Positions 53,090 through 63,787 of a DNA stretch of 64,000 nt are shown one piece after another. The stretch spans positions 1 to 64,000 of the forward strand of contig CAVTNR010000001.1 in the NCBI GenBank assembly GCA_963736115.1, read 5' to 3'. The notes beneath the pieces are model-generated. The model was not told the DNA's origin. It ran no database searches and saw only the letters and a program-made list of their open reading frames with translations. The position numbers were made by a program, and so were the translations under genes. How positions within the stretch are numbered: the first letter of the stretch is position 1; each line of letters begins with the position of its first letter. Source of the DNA: an uncultured bacterium. Its GTDB lineage: Bacteria > Zhuqueibacterota > QNDG01 > DTFT01.

Positions 53090-55315
53090 ATGCAAAAAAA
53101 TCATGTCTGCCGGGTCATCGGTCTGGCACTCTGCCTGCAGTCCCATGCCTTCGGAGCTGGTTGGGAACGACAGAGCCCGATCCCGCTCGGGAACGAGCTC
53201 AACGACGTCCATGTTTTCAGTACGGGCGGCCTGATCGCGGTCGGAAACGGCGGCGCCTGCATCCGAAGCACGGATCACGGCCTGTCCTGGGACAATCTGA
53301 CTCCCCTGGAAGGTTCGGACAATGACCTGCTTTCGATTTATTTCGCGGATGACTCCACGGGATGGATCGTCGGCGAGATCGGTACGGTTCTGAGGACAGG
53401 CGACTGCGGCGTGACCTGGGCGGCGCTGCCGAATGAAATAGAGGACGATCTGGATGACGTGTTCTTCACGGACACACGGAACGGCTGGGCCGTCGGACGC
53501 TGGGGCAGCATTTACCGCTCCGTCAACGGCGGCGAGGATTGGACGCCTCAGTCCAGCGGCACTGTCCGCAGACTGAAATCCGTGTTTTTCGTGAATCCGG
53601 ATACGGGCTGGGCCGTGGGCCACGGCGGGACCATACTGAAAACCGAAAACCGCGGTTCGGTCTGGACGGCCCAGGACGCAGGGACGGACGGTCACCTGCG
53701 GTCCGTCCATTTCCTGAATCCGGACACCGGATGGGTCGCGGGCGAGGACAGCACCCTTCTGAAAACAACGGACGGCGGCCGAAACTGGGACCGCGTCGAC
53801 GCGGGAACGGGATTCGATTTCGCGACAGTGCGCTTTCTCAACCCGGACACCGGCTTTGCCGCGGGATTCAACGGTTCGCTCGACGAGTGGGGCATTCTTC
53901 AGAAGCGGGGCGGAGGCATGATCGGCACCACGGACGGCGGCGTTTCCTGGTCCACGGTCCATTCCTCGGCAGGCGCGGGTCTGAATGCAATCTCCTTTTC
54001 CGGTTCCGGAACAGGCTGGTCCGTGGGCACGACCGGCTGCCTGCTGGAGACGGAAGACCTCGGCGCGACCTGGGCATCGCGCTCAAAGGGAGCCTCCGGC
54101 GACCTGTCCGCTGTGTTTTTCACCGATCCGGAAAGGGGATGGGCGATCGCATCGGGCACGCTCTACCGGACCGCGGACGGCGGCGGCACATGGACCGCGA
54201 ACCCGGCGCCCGTGCTGGACGATCCCAGGCTCGCGAATTTTTCATTCACCGCACTGCAGTTCGCGGATGCGGACACGGGCCTGCTGACGGGTAGTTACAT
54301 CATACAGTCTTCCACGATGTTCGAAATGGCGAGCGTCGTGCTGAGAACCACGGACGGCGGGGACACCTGGAACACGGCGCGGCGGCAGGAATTCGAGTAT
54401 ATACTCGACCTGCAGATGCTGGACGCGGACACCGGGTTCGCCCTGGCCGCGGTCGTGGATCTCATGACCGGAAGCATCCAGTCGAAGTGCCTGTCCACCA
54501 CGGACGGCGGCCGTGTCTGGACGGCACGGGAAGGCCGGGTTTCCACGTCGGTTCTCTACTCTCTGGACTTCACGGATTCGAAAACCGGATGGGCGGCCGG
54601 GGAAAGCGGCATGATTTACAGAACCCTGGACGGCGGTCTGACCTGGAAAGGATTCCGCACGGGCATGAGTAATGTCTTCTTTCAGGAGGTCGATTTCGCG
54701 GACAGCCGGCGCGGCTGGGCCGCGGGCGCGAACGGACTGATCGTGGCCACGGAAAACGGAGGCGAGAAATGGACCCGGCTTGATTCCGGCACCGGCGAGT
54801 TCCTGACCGCGCTGTTCGCGGTCGACGGCAGGACCGTCTGGGTCGCGGGCACGGGCGGAACGATTCTGAACACACTCGACGGGGGCCTCACCTGGGAGCG
54901 TCAGAATACGGGCTGCTTCGACACCTTCCTGGACGTGTTTTTCCCGACCGTGGCTACGGGATTCGTCGTCGGCGGCAGCGGGAGCATATTCAGGACCACC
55001 GGAGGAACCACGGGGGTCTCCTGTCCGGATGAGGCCGCAACTGCGGCGCCTTCGGGCTTCCGGCTGGAAGCGAATTATCCCAATCCCTTCAACCCGGAAA
55101 CGACCTTCCGGTTCAGCCTTCCGGAAGCGGGCGAGATCACGCTCAGGATATTCGATCTGCTGGGACGCGAGGTCGCGGTCCCGGCCTCCGGCCGTTACGG
55201 CGCCGGCGAACACCGTGTCCGGTTCCATGCGGACGGCCTGGCCAGCGGCGTGTATTTCTGCCGCCTCGAGGCCGGGGACCGCATCCGCACCCGGAAAATC
55301 GTGATTCAAAAGTAA
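53090..55315 (+). CDS. YCF48/BNR beta-propeller protein with T9SS CTD
   Basis: Signal peptide; many F.D..TGWAVG..GTI.KT.DGG.TW repeats; NYPNPFNP...KIVIQK. Confidence 0.9.
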   Translation: MQKNHVCRVIGLALCLQSHAFGAGWERQSPIPLGNELNDVHVFSTGGLIAVGNGGACIRSTDHGLSWDNLTPLEGSDNDLLSIYFADDSTGWIVGEIGTVLRTGDCGVTWAALPNEIEDDLDDVFFTDTRNGWAVGRWGSIYRSVNGGEDWTPQSSGTVRRLKSVFFVNPDTGWAVGHGGTILKTENRGSVWTAQDAGTDGHLRSVHFLNPDTGWVAGEDSTLLKTTDGGRNWDRVDAGTGFDFATVRFLNPDTGFAAGFNGSLDEWGILQKRGGGMIGTTDGGVSWSTVHSSAGAGLNAISFSGSGTGWSVGTTGCLLETEDLGATWASRSKGASGDLSAVFFTDPERGWAIASGTLYRTADGGGTWTANPAPVLDDPRLANFSFTALQFADADTGLLTGSYIIQSSTMFEMASVVLRTTDGGDTWNTARRQEFEYILDLQMLDADTGFALAAVVDLMTGSIQSKCLSTTDGGRVWTAREGRVSTSVLYSLDFTDSKTGWAAGESGMIYRTLDGGLTWKGFRTGMSNVFFQEVDFADSRRGWAAGANGLIVATENGGEKWTRLDSGTGEFLTALFAVDGRTVWVAGTGGTILNTLDGGLTWERQNTGCFDTFLDVFFPTVATGFVVGGSGSIFRTTGGTTGVSCPDEAATAAPSGFRLEANYPNPFNPETTFRFSLPEAGEITLRIFDLLGREVAVPASGRYGAGEHRVRFHADGLASGVYFCRLEAGDRIRTRKIVIQK

Positions 55316-55325
55316 GGAAAATGAC

Positions 55326-58274
55326 ATGACGACCCGCCGTATGATTCCGTTCACTCACGCATTTCCAGCGATCCGCTTTTTCCGCCGGCTGATTCCCGCG
55401 GCCGGTTTCGCGATTGTTTTCGCGTCGGCCGGCACCGCCGCGCCGGCGCCTCCGCGGTTTTCCGCGGAACGCGGTTTTTACAGCGATCCCTTCACCCTGA
55501 CGATCGCGACGGAAGGGAACCGCACTCCCCTCCGATGCACCGTCGACGGTTCGGATCCCCGGACCTCCACGACGGCCCGGCTCTCCGATTCACCGATGAC
55601 GATTTTTGTGGATCCCGAAGACACCGCCGGCCGGGGAACGGCGCCGGGTTTCATCGTGCGCGCGGCTTCGGTTGAATCGGACACGCTGTTCAGCGCGGTT
55701 GTCACGCACACCTATCTGTTCGTCGACCGGGCCGCGTCGCTTTCGCCGGACGGCATGCCGCCCGGGCCCGGATGGCCGGGCGCAGTCGCCAACGGCCAAC
55801 GGATGGATTACGGCCTGGATCCGGACGTGCTGAACGACACCCGGTACCGGGACAAACTGGAAGCGTCCCTGCTTTCCCTGCCGACCGTGTCGCTGACGAC
55901 CGGCCTGGAAAACCTGTTCAGCGGCAAAACCGGCATCTACGTGAACGCGATGGCGCACGGAGAGGAATGGGAGCGGCCCGTATCCGCGGAGTGGATGGAC
56001 CCGGACGGGGAAGAATCGTTCCAGATCGATGCGGGACTCCGCATCCGCGGTGGATACAGCCGCCACGGCCAGTATCCCAAACACGCTTTCCGGCTTTTCT
56101 TTCGCGAAGAATACGGCGCGGCCAAGCTCCAGGTTCCCCTGTTCGGGGAGGAGGGCGTCTCTGAATTCGACAAGATCGACCTGAGAACGCCGATGAATTA
56201 CCACTGGAGCTGTTTCGGCGACCAGGGTGTGTTCAATATCATGGTTCGCGACGTGTATTCGCGCGACCTTCAGCGCGATATGGGCCAGCCCTACACGCGG
56301 AGCCGGTTCTATCATCTCTATATCGACGGAACCTACTGGGGGGTGTACCAGACGCAGGAAAGGTCCGAAGCCCGGTACGCGGCCTCGTATTTCGGCGGAT
56401 CGTCCGGCGATTACGATGTGGTCAAGGTGGCCACGGACATCGGATACGTTATCGAGGCCACGGACGGAACGCTCGACTCCTGGCGAACCGTCTGGGATCT
56501 GTGCGAGGCGGGATTCGAATCCGCTGAAAACTACGCCGCCCTGCTCGGACTCGGGCCGGACGGCGGACGCGATCCGGGCCGCGTCCGCTGGGTCGACGCG
56601 GACAACCTGATCGATTACATGATCATCATCTTCCAGACCGGCGATTTCGACGCGCCGGTCACGAAATTCGGACAGAACAAGAATCCCAATAATTTCTATG
56701 CGGTGTTCAACCGCGCCGATCCCGACGGTTTCAAGTTCTTCGTCCACGACGCGGAACACTCGCTGTTCACGAGCATCTACGCGGATCCGGGCATCGGGCT
56801 GTTCGAGGACCGGGTGAACATCGGGAGCCTGACCGACTGGTACCGGATGGAATGCGCGGGTTTCGACAAGTTCCACCCGCAGTGGCTCCACCACCGGCTC
56901 TGCGCCAATGCGGATTACCGAATCCGTTTCGCGGACCGGGTCTACCGGCATTTCTTCAACCAGGGGGCGGTTACGGTCGAGGCCAATATCCGCCGTTTCA
57001 TGGAGAGGATCCGGGAGATCGACATGGCTATGATCGCCGAGTCAGCCCGCTGGGGAGACGCTCAGATGTCGCAGCCGCGCACCAAGCACGACGACTGGCT
57101 GCCCCAGGTGGACAATGTGGTTGATAATTTCTTCCCGTACCGGAACGGCATCGTTCTGGATCAGCTCAGACAGGCCGGTCTTTGGCCGGAACTGGACCCG
57201 CCGTTCTTCACGGCCGGCGGCATGGCGATCGAGACTCCGTCCATCACGGCGGAAACGGCGCTGCGCCTCTCGATTTCGAATCCGAACGCAGCCGGAACGG
57301 TCTGGTACACAACGGACGGCACGGATCCGCGTCTGCCAGGAGGCGATGCTTCAGGTCGGGCCCTGTCCGGAAACGAACCGTTCGCAGAACTCCATTCCAC
57401 AACGCGGGTGATGGCCAGGGTCCTATCCGGAACCGACTGGAGCGCGCTCCACGAGATCACCGTCCGGATGCGGGACGACCTCAGCGGACTGAAGATCACG
57501 GAAATCCACTACCACCCGCTGGACGCGGACACCGTGGACAGCCGGGAGTTGGAATTCGTCGAACTCAAAAACACGGGAACGGCTTCGCTCAATCTGACGG
57601 ACGCCGTGTTCACCAACGGGATCGATTACACTTTCCCTGCGTCCGCGATTCTGGATCCCGGAAGCTTCATCGTGCTGGCGTCGAACGCGGGCCGGTTCCA
57701 CAGCCGGTACGGTTTTTTCCCCTTCGGAGAATACGCGGGTCAGCTGGACAACGGGGGAGAGCGTATCGTCCTGAAAGCCGCGGCCGGGGACACGGTGATC
57801 CAGATGCGCTACGATGACAGGAGCCCGTGGCCGACGGAACCCGACAGCATGGGATTCTCCCTGGTTTCCCGCGATTTCGATCCCGCGGGCGATCCGGACG
57901 ATCCCGCGTACTGGAGGACTTCGGTTCACGTGCACGGATCGCCGGGCCGGGACGATGATGGAACGTCCGCTGCCGAAGGTCTCGGGACGGAGCCGGAGCA
58001 ATTCGGGCTGTTCCGCAATTATCCCAACCCCTTCAATCCGAGAACCGCTCTGTCGTACGTTCTGACCGGACGCGGAAGAGTCACGCTGACCGTGTATGAC
58101 GCGTCCGGACGCAGGGTCCGCATCCTGGCGGACGGCGTGCAGGAGGCGGGCCTGCATGAAATCACATGGGACGCTTCGGACGACAGGGGAATGGCGGTTC
58201 CGTCCGGCTTGTACATCGGCCGGCTGTCCGGGCCCGCGTTCACCCGGACCGTGAAGATGATACTGATGCGGTGA
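55326..58274 (+). CDS. CotH-kinase-family protein with chitobiase-like Ig domains, lamin-tail domain and CTD
   Basis: PRFSAERGFY, GLRIRGGYSR..PKHAFRL, LYIDGTYWGVY..ER, WYTTDGTDPR, ITEIHYHP..EFVELKN, NYPNPFNP. Confidence 0.88.
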   Translation: MTTRRMIPFTHAFPAIRFFRRLIPAAGFAIVFASAGTAAPAPPRFSAERGFYSDPFTLTIATEGNRTPLRCTVDGSDPRTSTTARLSDSPMTIFVDPEDTAGRGTAPGFIVRAASVESDTLFSAVVTHTYLFVDRAASLSPDGMPPGPGWPGAVANGQRMDYGLDPDVLNDTRYRDKLEASLLSLPTVSLTTGLENLFSGKTGIYVNAMAHGEEWERPVSAEWMDPDGEESFQIDAGLRIRGGYSRHGQYPKHAFRLFFREEYGAAKLQVPLFGEEGVSEFDKIDLRTPMNYHWSCFGDQGVFNIMVRDVYSRDLQRDMGQPYTRSRFYHLYIDGTYWGVYQTQERSEARYAASYFGGSSGDYDVVKVATDIGYVIEATDGTLDSWRTVWDLCEAGFESAENYAALLGLGPDGGRDPGRVRWVDADNLIDYMIIIFQTGDFDAPVTKFGQNKNPNNFYAVFNRADPDGFKFFVHDAEHSLFTSIYADPGIGLFEDRVNIGSLTDWYRMECAGFDKFHPQWLHHRLCANADYRIRFADRVYRHFFNQGAVTVEANIRRFMERIREIDMAMIAESARWGDAQMSQPRTKHDDWLPQVDNVVDNFFPYRNGIVLDQLRQAGLWPELDPPFFTAGGMAIETPSITAETALRLSISNPNAAGTVWYTTDGTDPRLPGGDASGRALSGNEPFAELHSTTRVMARVLSGTDWSALHEITVRMRDDLSGLKITEIHYHPLDADTVDSRELEFVELKNTGTASLNLTDAVFTNGIDYTFPASAILDPGSFIVLASNAGRFHSRYGFFPFGEYAGQLDNGGERIVLKAAAGDTVIQMRYDDRSPWPTEPDSMGFSLVSRDFDPAGDPDDPAYWRTSVHVHGSPGRDDDGTSAAEGLGTEPEQFGLFRNYPNPFNPRTALSYVLTGRGRVTLTVYDASGRRVRILADGVQEAGLHEITWDASDDRGMAVPSGLYIGRLSGPAFTRTVKMILMR

Positions 58275-58280
58275 CAATAC

Positions 58281-58412
58281 GTGCGGCGCGCCTTATAGGC
58301 GCGTTGCGCGCACCGGGCGCCAGACCTGAAAGGCCAAGAAGAAAGACTTTTCAGGTCTGGGTTTTGACGGCCACCCAACCTCCCGCGGGTTTATACCAAC
58401 CCGCGGGAGGTT
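58281..58412. repeat. Composite REP (families C-A-B)
   Basis: C at 58281-58309, A at 58321-58359, B AACCTCCCGCGGGTT-N6-AACCCGCGGGAGGTT at 58377-58412 followed by a T-tract. Confidence 0.8.
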
Positions 58413-58814
58413 TTTTCCGATCCTCCGATACGGTGACACTATTCGGGTGTTACCACCTCCTGCAAAATCACCTTGACTTGCTTCGATTATTTCGTTAATT
58501 ACTGATATCAAGCCGGTAATCCCGGACCATTCGCCTTCCTTCCTCTGTTTATTCCTGAACCTACTTCGAATGCGGCTCCGGCAGTAATTCCGAATCTATC
58601 CCCTTTCTAAACATGGGGATGAGGCATGCATCAGACTTCCCGATTTTCCCGCTGTCAATACCGGTTCCAGTCTCTCTCCGGCGTCCTGTGGTTCCGGATC
58701 TTCGGCGACTCAGGTCCATTTCCCGAATATCCGTTCTTTGGATAATATCGGATGTCTGTTTCGTACGCGTGCAGGCCGCGGCAATAATGGAGTATCATGA
58801 GGAAGGAGAAAGGG

Positions 58815-61800
58815 ATGGCTGGAAAAATCCGTTTTCGAGCAGGGGCCCTGATCTGCCTGGCCGGCTTGATGATCCATGCCCCGGAAGGCAGAGCCCAATC
58901 CGGCACCATTGACTTCAATTCATCGCAGTGGTCCAGCCTCGTCGGACAGGTGCTGTACCACGGCGGACCGGCCAACACCCTGTCGGACGCGCCGAACGGC
59001 GTGGATTTCATCGTCACATACGGCGAGATGAACATCACAGCCGCGTATCCGACCGGCTACATGCTTTTTTTCTCGCCCATCATCCCTTCGCACGGCAATG
59101 ATGAGGCCGGCCAGGTTCAGATCCGTTTCAGCACGCCGAAGAAACGTGTCCGCCTCAAGGTCTCGCACGACGAGCACCCTGTGCACACGCCGTATTACAC
59201 GACCGTGAAATTCTACCGCGATTTCAACGCATCGAACGCGCTGGCCACGGTCGACGTCGAATGGAATTCGGGACGGTTCACGACCGCGGAGCACAGCGAC
59301 CAGGCCGACGGCATCCGCATGGTCGTGGTCACGACGATGTTCGCGGAGAACAACATCGACGACGTCGAATTCGAACAGCTCGATTCTTCCGAGCCCCCGC
59401 TCCAGCAGGCCTTTCCGTTCGACGACGGCACGGTCCAGGGCTGGACATTGACCGGCGCGTTCAACGAAGCCGGCCAGGGCCCGCGGGCGTCCAATTTCAC
59501 CTTCGGGTGGAACGACCCGGTACAGCATCCAGGCGCGCCCGGTCAGGATCCAACCGGCGACGGACGCGGATGCATCCGGATGAACACGGCCGGAGGGCAC
59601 GGCATCACGGACCCGGGACACACATGGTTCATCATGCAGTTCCATTCTCCGGACCTTTCCGCGTCGGCGGTGTGGCAGGCGGCGAATGGATATGCGGTCG
59701 AAATCGCGGACTGCATGACCGGGACCGGCGCCCTGTACGCGAACGCCTATGTCACGGTCTACGACCAGGATCAGGCCAGGGACCGCACGTTCTACAGCGG
59801 AGACGCGGTTCCGCTCCAGCGCGATGTGTACGGAGACGGAACCGCGGTGTGGAACAGGGTCCTCCTCGACTGGTCCGTTTTCTCATCCTTTCCGATGCGG
59901 CGCACGGTCAAGGAGGTTTTCATCAACATCTGGGGCCGGCTGTCCGACACGCATACCGGAAGCCTGTTCATGGACGCCGTGTCCGTGATGCCCGGCGAGA
60001 ACGTGCCCCAGCCCCCGGCCGCGCCGTCGAACGTGCAGGCGGTACAGCTCCCGGGCCAGATTCACGTCACCTGGCTGGATCATTCGGACGATGAAACGGG
60101 ATTCCGGCTGGAGATGAAGGAATTCCCCACGTTTCCCGGCGACTGGCAGGAAATCGCGGTTCTGGGGCCGGATGTGACCTCGCATCAGATCACCGGCGTG
60201 CGGTTCAACCACTCGTACTACTTCCGTGTGCGTTCCTTCAATGACAACGGCGTCTCCGCTTATTCGAACACGGACACGCTGTACTGCGGCTACCAGCTCT
60301 CCTATATCCGCATCCTCAGACCCAATGGCGGCGAGACCTGGAACGCGGGAAGCGTGCAGGCGGTCAACTGGGAGACCTCCACGTACGGCCGGGCCGAGCG
60401 GGTGAACATCCACTACTCCGTGGACGGGGGCAGTCACTGGGTGCATCCGCCGATCGCCTCCGACATCCAGAACCTGGGCACTTTTTCCTGGACCGTGCCG
60501 GCGGAACTCTCAGCGGATTGCATTGTGAAGGTGGAGAACGCGGCCGGCTTGTTCCCGTACGACCTGAGCGATATGGCCTTCCGCATCCTGGAGGGGAGCG
60601 GACCCGTTCTGTCGCTCTCTGCGGACACCCTCGACTTCGGTTCGGGTCTGCAGACGCTCCCGTTCTCGATCGTGAACACGGGAACTGGAGAACTCGCCTG
60701 GAGCGTCACCCAGGACGCGGGCCAGCCCTGGGTCGTGTCCGTGGATCCCGTATCCGGGACCGGGAATGCCGAAGTCACGGTCCGGGTGGACCGTGCCGCG
60801 CTTTCAGGAGAAGCGGCTATCGGCGGCCTGAATGTGAGTTCGAGCGGCGGGGATGAGCATCTCGTCCTCTTGATTGAAAAGGAGGAATCCGGCCCGCCGC
60901 CGGACTGGGATTACACGCCGAACACCGGAAACAACGCGACGATCATCCTGCCTACGGCCGCGGGTCCCAACATCGACGGGTCGGCGCTTGCGGAAGGCGA
61001 CTGGATCGGCGTGTTCTCGGACGCGGGCCTGTGCTGCGGACGGGCGCAATGGGCAGGCGCCAATCTGTCCATCACCGCGTGGGGAGACGATTCCCAGACC
61101 GGCGAAAAAGACGGATTCTCCCCGGGGGAGACCGTGCATTTTCGTGTGTACCGCGCCTCCACATCCACGGAATGGCGCTTCGTGACGACCGGCTATTCCC
61201 TGGGAAGCGGCCTGTACGCGGCGGACGGGTTGATGATCCTCAGCCGTTTCAATGTCACCGGTCTCGGGTCCCTGACGCTCGGACTGAAACAGGGATGGAA
61301 CCTGTTTTCGATCAATCTCACCCCCGTGCAGGCCGGCATGGACGCGGTCATGACGCAGGTGAGCGCCGACCTGGTGATCGTCAAGAACGGGCAGGGGCGA
61401 ACCTATATCCCCGAATTTCAGATCAATGACATCGGCAACATCGACGTCCGTCAGGGGTACAAGGCTTATCTCAGCAGGGCCGCGGACCTGACCGTGCAGG
61501 GGATTCCGGTCGATCGGGTCACGACTCTCGAATTGCCGCCGGGCTGGAGCATGATCGGTTACTGGCCGGATTCGCCGATGCCGGTCGCGGACGCGTTGGC
61601 TGGGATTCTGGATTTCCTGGTCATCGCGAAAAACGGTTCGGGCGACACGTATCTGCCGCAATACGGCATCAACACCATCGGTTCCATGGAACCCGGCCAG
61701 GGCTACCAGGTTTATCTGTCCGCGGCCGCGACACTCGAGTATCCTTCCGGTCCGGAACCCCGCATCGCCCGGTCCGTGGCCGGAAACAGGGGCGCGGCTG

Positions 61801-62510
61801 AGCTGAGGCATTTCCGGTTCGTGTCCAACACGGGCGAGAATGCGACCGTGGTGGTGCCGGCCGAAGCGCATCCCGGGTATTCGGACGGGACCCGTCTGGC
61901 TGTCGGGGATGAGATAGGCGTGTTCACATCGGACGGCCGCTGCTGCGGAGCCGTGGTCTGGGAGGACGTGAACGCGGCGCTCACGGTGTGGGGCGACGAC
62001 GCGCTGACGGACAGCGTGGACGGCTTTCTCGATGGCGACACGCTGAGACTGGCTGTCTGGAAAGCCGGGACGGACAGGCAGATTCCAGCCGTCACCCTTT
62101 TTCGCGAAAGCGATCCTGACGTGTTCGCGCCGGACGGACTTTCAGTCGTGACGTCGCTGATCGCGGATCTGACTTCGGGCCTGCCGGGCGCGGGGCTTTC
62201 AGGTCTTCCCGAAGGTTTCGGGCTGTCCGTGAATTATCCCAATCCCTTCAATTCGGAAACCGTGATCGTCTACCGCATGCCGGTTCCGGGACGGGTGGAA
62301 CTGACGGTTTACGACCTGAACGGCAGACCGGTACGCACGCTCCTCAAAGGGCCGGCACAGGCAGGCAGCCACACCGCGGCCTGGGACGGACGGGACGGAA
62401 ACGGCATCGAAGTTCCTTCGGGCCTGTACACCTGCAGGATCCGGGTCTCGGGGAACACGGACGGCCTTCCCGCTTTTCAGGCGGTTCGCAAGATGACGCT
62501 GATTAGGTGA
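58815..62510 (+). CDS. Large multidomain secreted protein (FN3, Ig/BACON-like, duplicated GVF..CCG..WGDD domains) with CTD
   Basis: Signal peptide; PAAPSN..WLDHSDDETGF (FN3); PNGGETW; LKQGWNLFS repeats; NYPNPFNS...KMTLIR. Confidence 0.85.
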   Translation: MAGKIRFRAGALICLAGLMIHAPEGRAQSGTIDFNSSQWSSLVGQVLYHGGPANTLSDAPNGVDFIVTYGEMNITAAYPTGYMLFFSPIIPSHGNDEAGQVQIRFSTPKKRVRLKVSHDEHPVHTPYYTTVKFYRDFNASNALATVDVEWNSGRFTTAEHSDQADGIRMVVVTTMFAENNIDDVEFEQLDSSEPPLQQAFPFDDGTVQGWTLTGAFNEAGQGPRASNFTFGWNDPVQHPGAPGQDPTGDGRGCIRMNTAGGHGITDPGHTWFIMQFHSPDLSASAVWQAANGYAVEIADCMTGTGALYANAYVTVYDQDQARDRTFYSGDAVPLQRDVYGDGTAVWNRVLLDWSVFSSFPMRRTVKEVFINIWGRLSDTHTGSLFMDAVSVMPGENVPQPPAAPSNVQAVQLPGQIHVTWLDHSDDETGFRLEMKEFPTFPGDWQEIAVLGPDVTSHQITGVRFNHSYYFRVRSFNDNGVSAYSNTDTLYCGYQLSYIRILRPNGGETWNAGSVQAVNWETSTYGRAERVNIHYSVDGGSHWVHPPIASDIQNLGTFSWTVPAELSADCIVKVENAAGLFPYDLSDMAFRILEGSGPVLSLSADTLDFGSGLQTLPFSIVNTGTGELAWSVTQDAGQPWVVSVDPVSGTGNAEVTVRVDRAALSGEAAIGGLNVSSSGGDEHLVLLIEKEESGPPPDWDYTPNTGNNATIILPTAAGPNIDGSALAEGDWIGVFSDAGLCCGRAQWAGANLSITAWGDDSQTGEKDGFSPGETVHFRVYRASTSTEWRFVTTGYSLGSGLYAADGLMILSRFNVTGLGSLTLGLKQGWNLFSINLTPVQAGMDAVMTQVSADLVIVKNGQGRTYIPEFQINDIGNIDVRQGYKAYLSRAADLTVQGIPVDRVTTLELPPGWSMIGYWPDSPMPVADALAGILDFLVIAKNGSGDTYLPQYGINTIGSMEPGQGYQVYLSAAATLEYPSGPEPRIARSVAGNRGAAELRHFRFVSNTGENATVVVPAEAHPGYSDGTRLAVGDEIGVFTSDGRCCGAVVWEDVNAALTVWGDDALTDSVDGFLDGDTLRLAVWKAGTDRQIPAVTLFRESDPDVFAPDGLSVVTSLIADLTSGLPGAGLSGLPEGFGLSVNYPNPFNSETVIVYRMPVPGRVELTVYDLNGRPVRTLLKGPAQAGSHTAAWDGRDGNGIEVPSGLYTCRIRVSGNTDGLPAFQAVRKMTLIR

Positions 62511-62524
62511 CGCCGTAAATCCAT

Positions 62525-62640
62525 GTGCGACGCACCTTCAAGGTGCGTCGCACGCGCCGGGCATCAGACCTGAAAGGTCTTGAAGACCTTTCAGGTCTGT
62601 TTTCGGAAAATCCTCCCGGAGGATCGGAGCCTCCGGGAGG
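62525..62640. repeat. Composite REP (families C-A-B)
   Basis: GTGCGACGCACCTTCAAGGTGCGTCGCAC (62525-62553), family A (62565-62599), CCTCCCGGAGG-N7-CCTCCGGGAGG (62612-62640). Confidence 0.85.
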
Positions 62641-62899
62641 TTCGTTCTCGCGAAAAGCCAGCCTCAAACCGATACCCAAACCAATCGTGCGGCCTTTGGC
62701 CCCGGGGTCGAATAACCCTTGCATCATTGATTTCCGACGAATATTGATTGGTCCTTTTTTTGCACGCCATTTTCCTGCATAAAACATTGCCTTATAAGGG
62801 TTTAATTCATTCTAATCTGAAATAACGGTCTACCGGAGAGCGACAATCTGCATCCATTCTCCGAATACGATCAGTCCGCTGAGATGAAGGGGAAAATCA

Positions 62900-63739
62900 A
62901 TGAAGAAGACGGTAATGACTCGCCTGTTCCTGGCGGTACTGGCTCTATCCATGGCAGCCGGGTGCGGCCGCGGGCCGGTCAGGAACGCGGGGGTCGCGGA
63001 TCCGGCGGTCGTGAAGGGATTTCCGGTTTTCGCGAACACGGTTCTCTCCTCGACGGTGACCATCGTTGAAGAGTCCATCCTCGAGCAGGAAAGGATCATC
63101 AACAGTCTCGCCGGCCTTCCTGAGGTGCAAAGCGCGGACTGGAGCAGGATGAAGGGCCTTGTCAGCCGGTTCCAGGCAAGCCTGAAGGATTCGGGTGTGT
63201 ACTGGTTTGCGCTTCCGGACGGCCGATATTACACGGTCGGGCAGGGGCTCGTCGGCCGGACACTGTCGGACCGGCCGTACTTTGCCTCGGTCATGGCGGG
63301 CCGCGCCGCGGTCGGGGATCTGGTGGTGAGCCGTTCGACGGGCAGGAAATCAGCGGTCGTGGTTCTGCCGGTGCAAGGCGCCGGGGGCCGTGTCGTCGGG
63401 GGCCTGGGCGCGTCGATATTTCTGGACAAGCTGGCCGGCCGGCTCTCCGCTTCGCTCTCCATGCCCGAGGGGTGTTTCTTCTATGCACTGGCGCCGGACG
63501 GCATGACGGCCCTGCACCTGAAACAGGAACTGGTTTTTGACAACCCGCTTTCGAAGGATTCGCCGAGCATGAGGACCGCGGTGGAGAAGATGCTCGCATC
63601 CGATTCCGGAGAAGTCGAATACACGTTCAACGGATTCCACAGGCGCGTCCGGTATCAGGTCTCGCGCCTGACCGGGTGGCGTTTCGCGTTCGGGATCAAT
63701 ACAGCCACTGCGGATTCCGGGCCGAAGACGGGCCGTTGA
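62900..63739 (+). CDS. Stand-alone Cache-domain lipoprotein
   Basis: Lipobox MAAGC; LSDRPYF, VVSRSTG..VVLPV, SGEVEYTFNG, TGWRF; no transmembrane or output domain. Confidence 0.8.
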   Translation: MKKTVMTRLFLAVLALSMAAGCGRGPVRNAGVADPAVVKGFPVFANTVLSSTVTIVEESILEQERIINSLAGLPEVQSADWSRMKGLVSRFQASLKDSGVYWFALPDGRYYTVGQGLVGRTLSDRPYFASVMAGRAAVGDLVVSRSTGRKSAVVVLPVQGAGGRVVGGLGASIFLDKLAGRLSASLSMPEGCFFYALAPDGMTALHLKQELVFDNPLSKDSPSMRTAVEKMLASDSGEVEYTFNGFHRRVRYQVSRLTGWRFAFGINTATADSGPKTGR

Positions 63740-63787
63740 ACCGGAGGCCGCGGAAAGGTCCGGCGGGGTCCAGTCAAGGGAGGGTGC

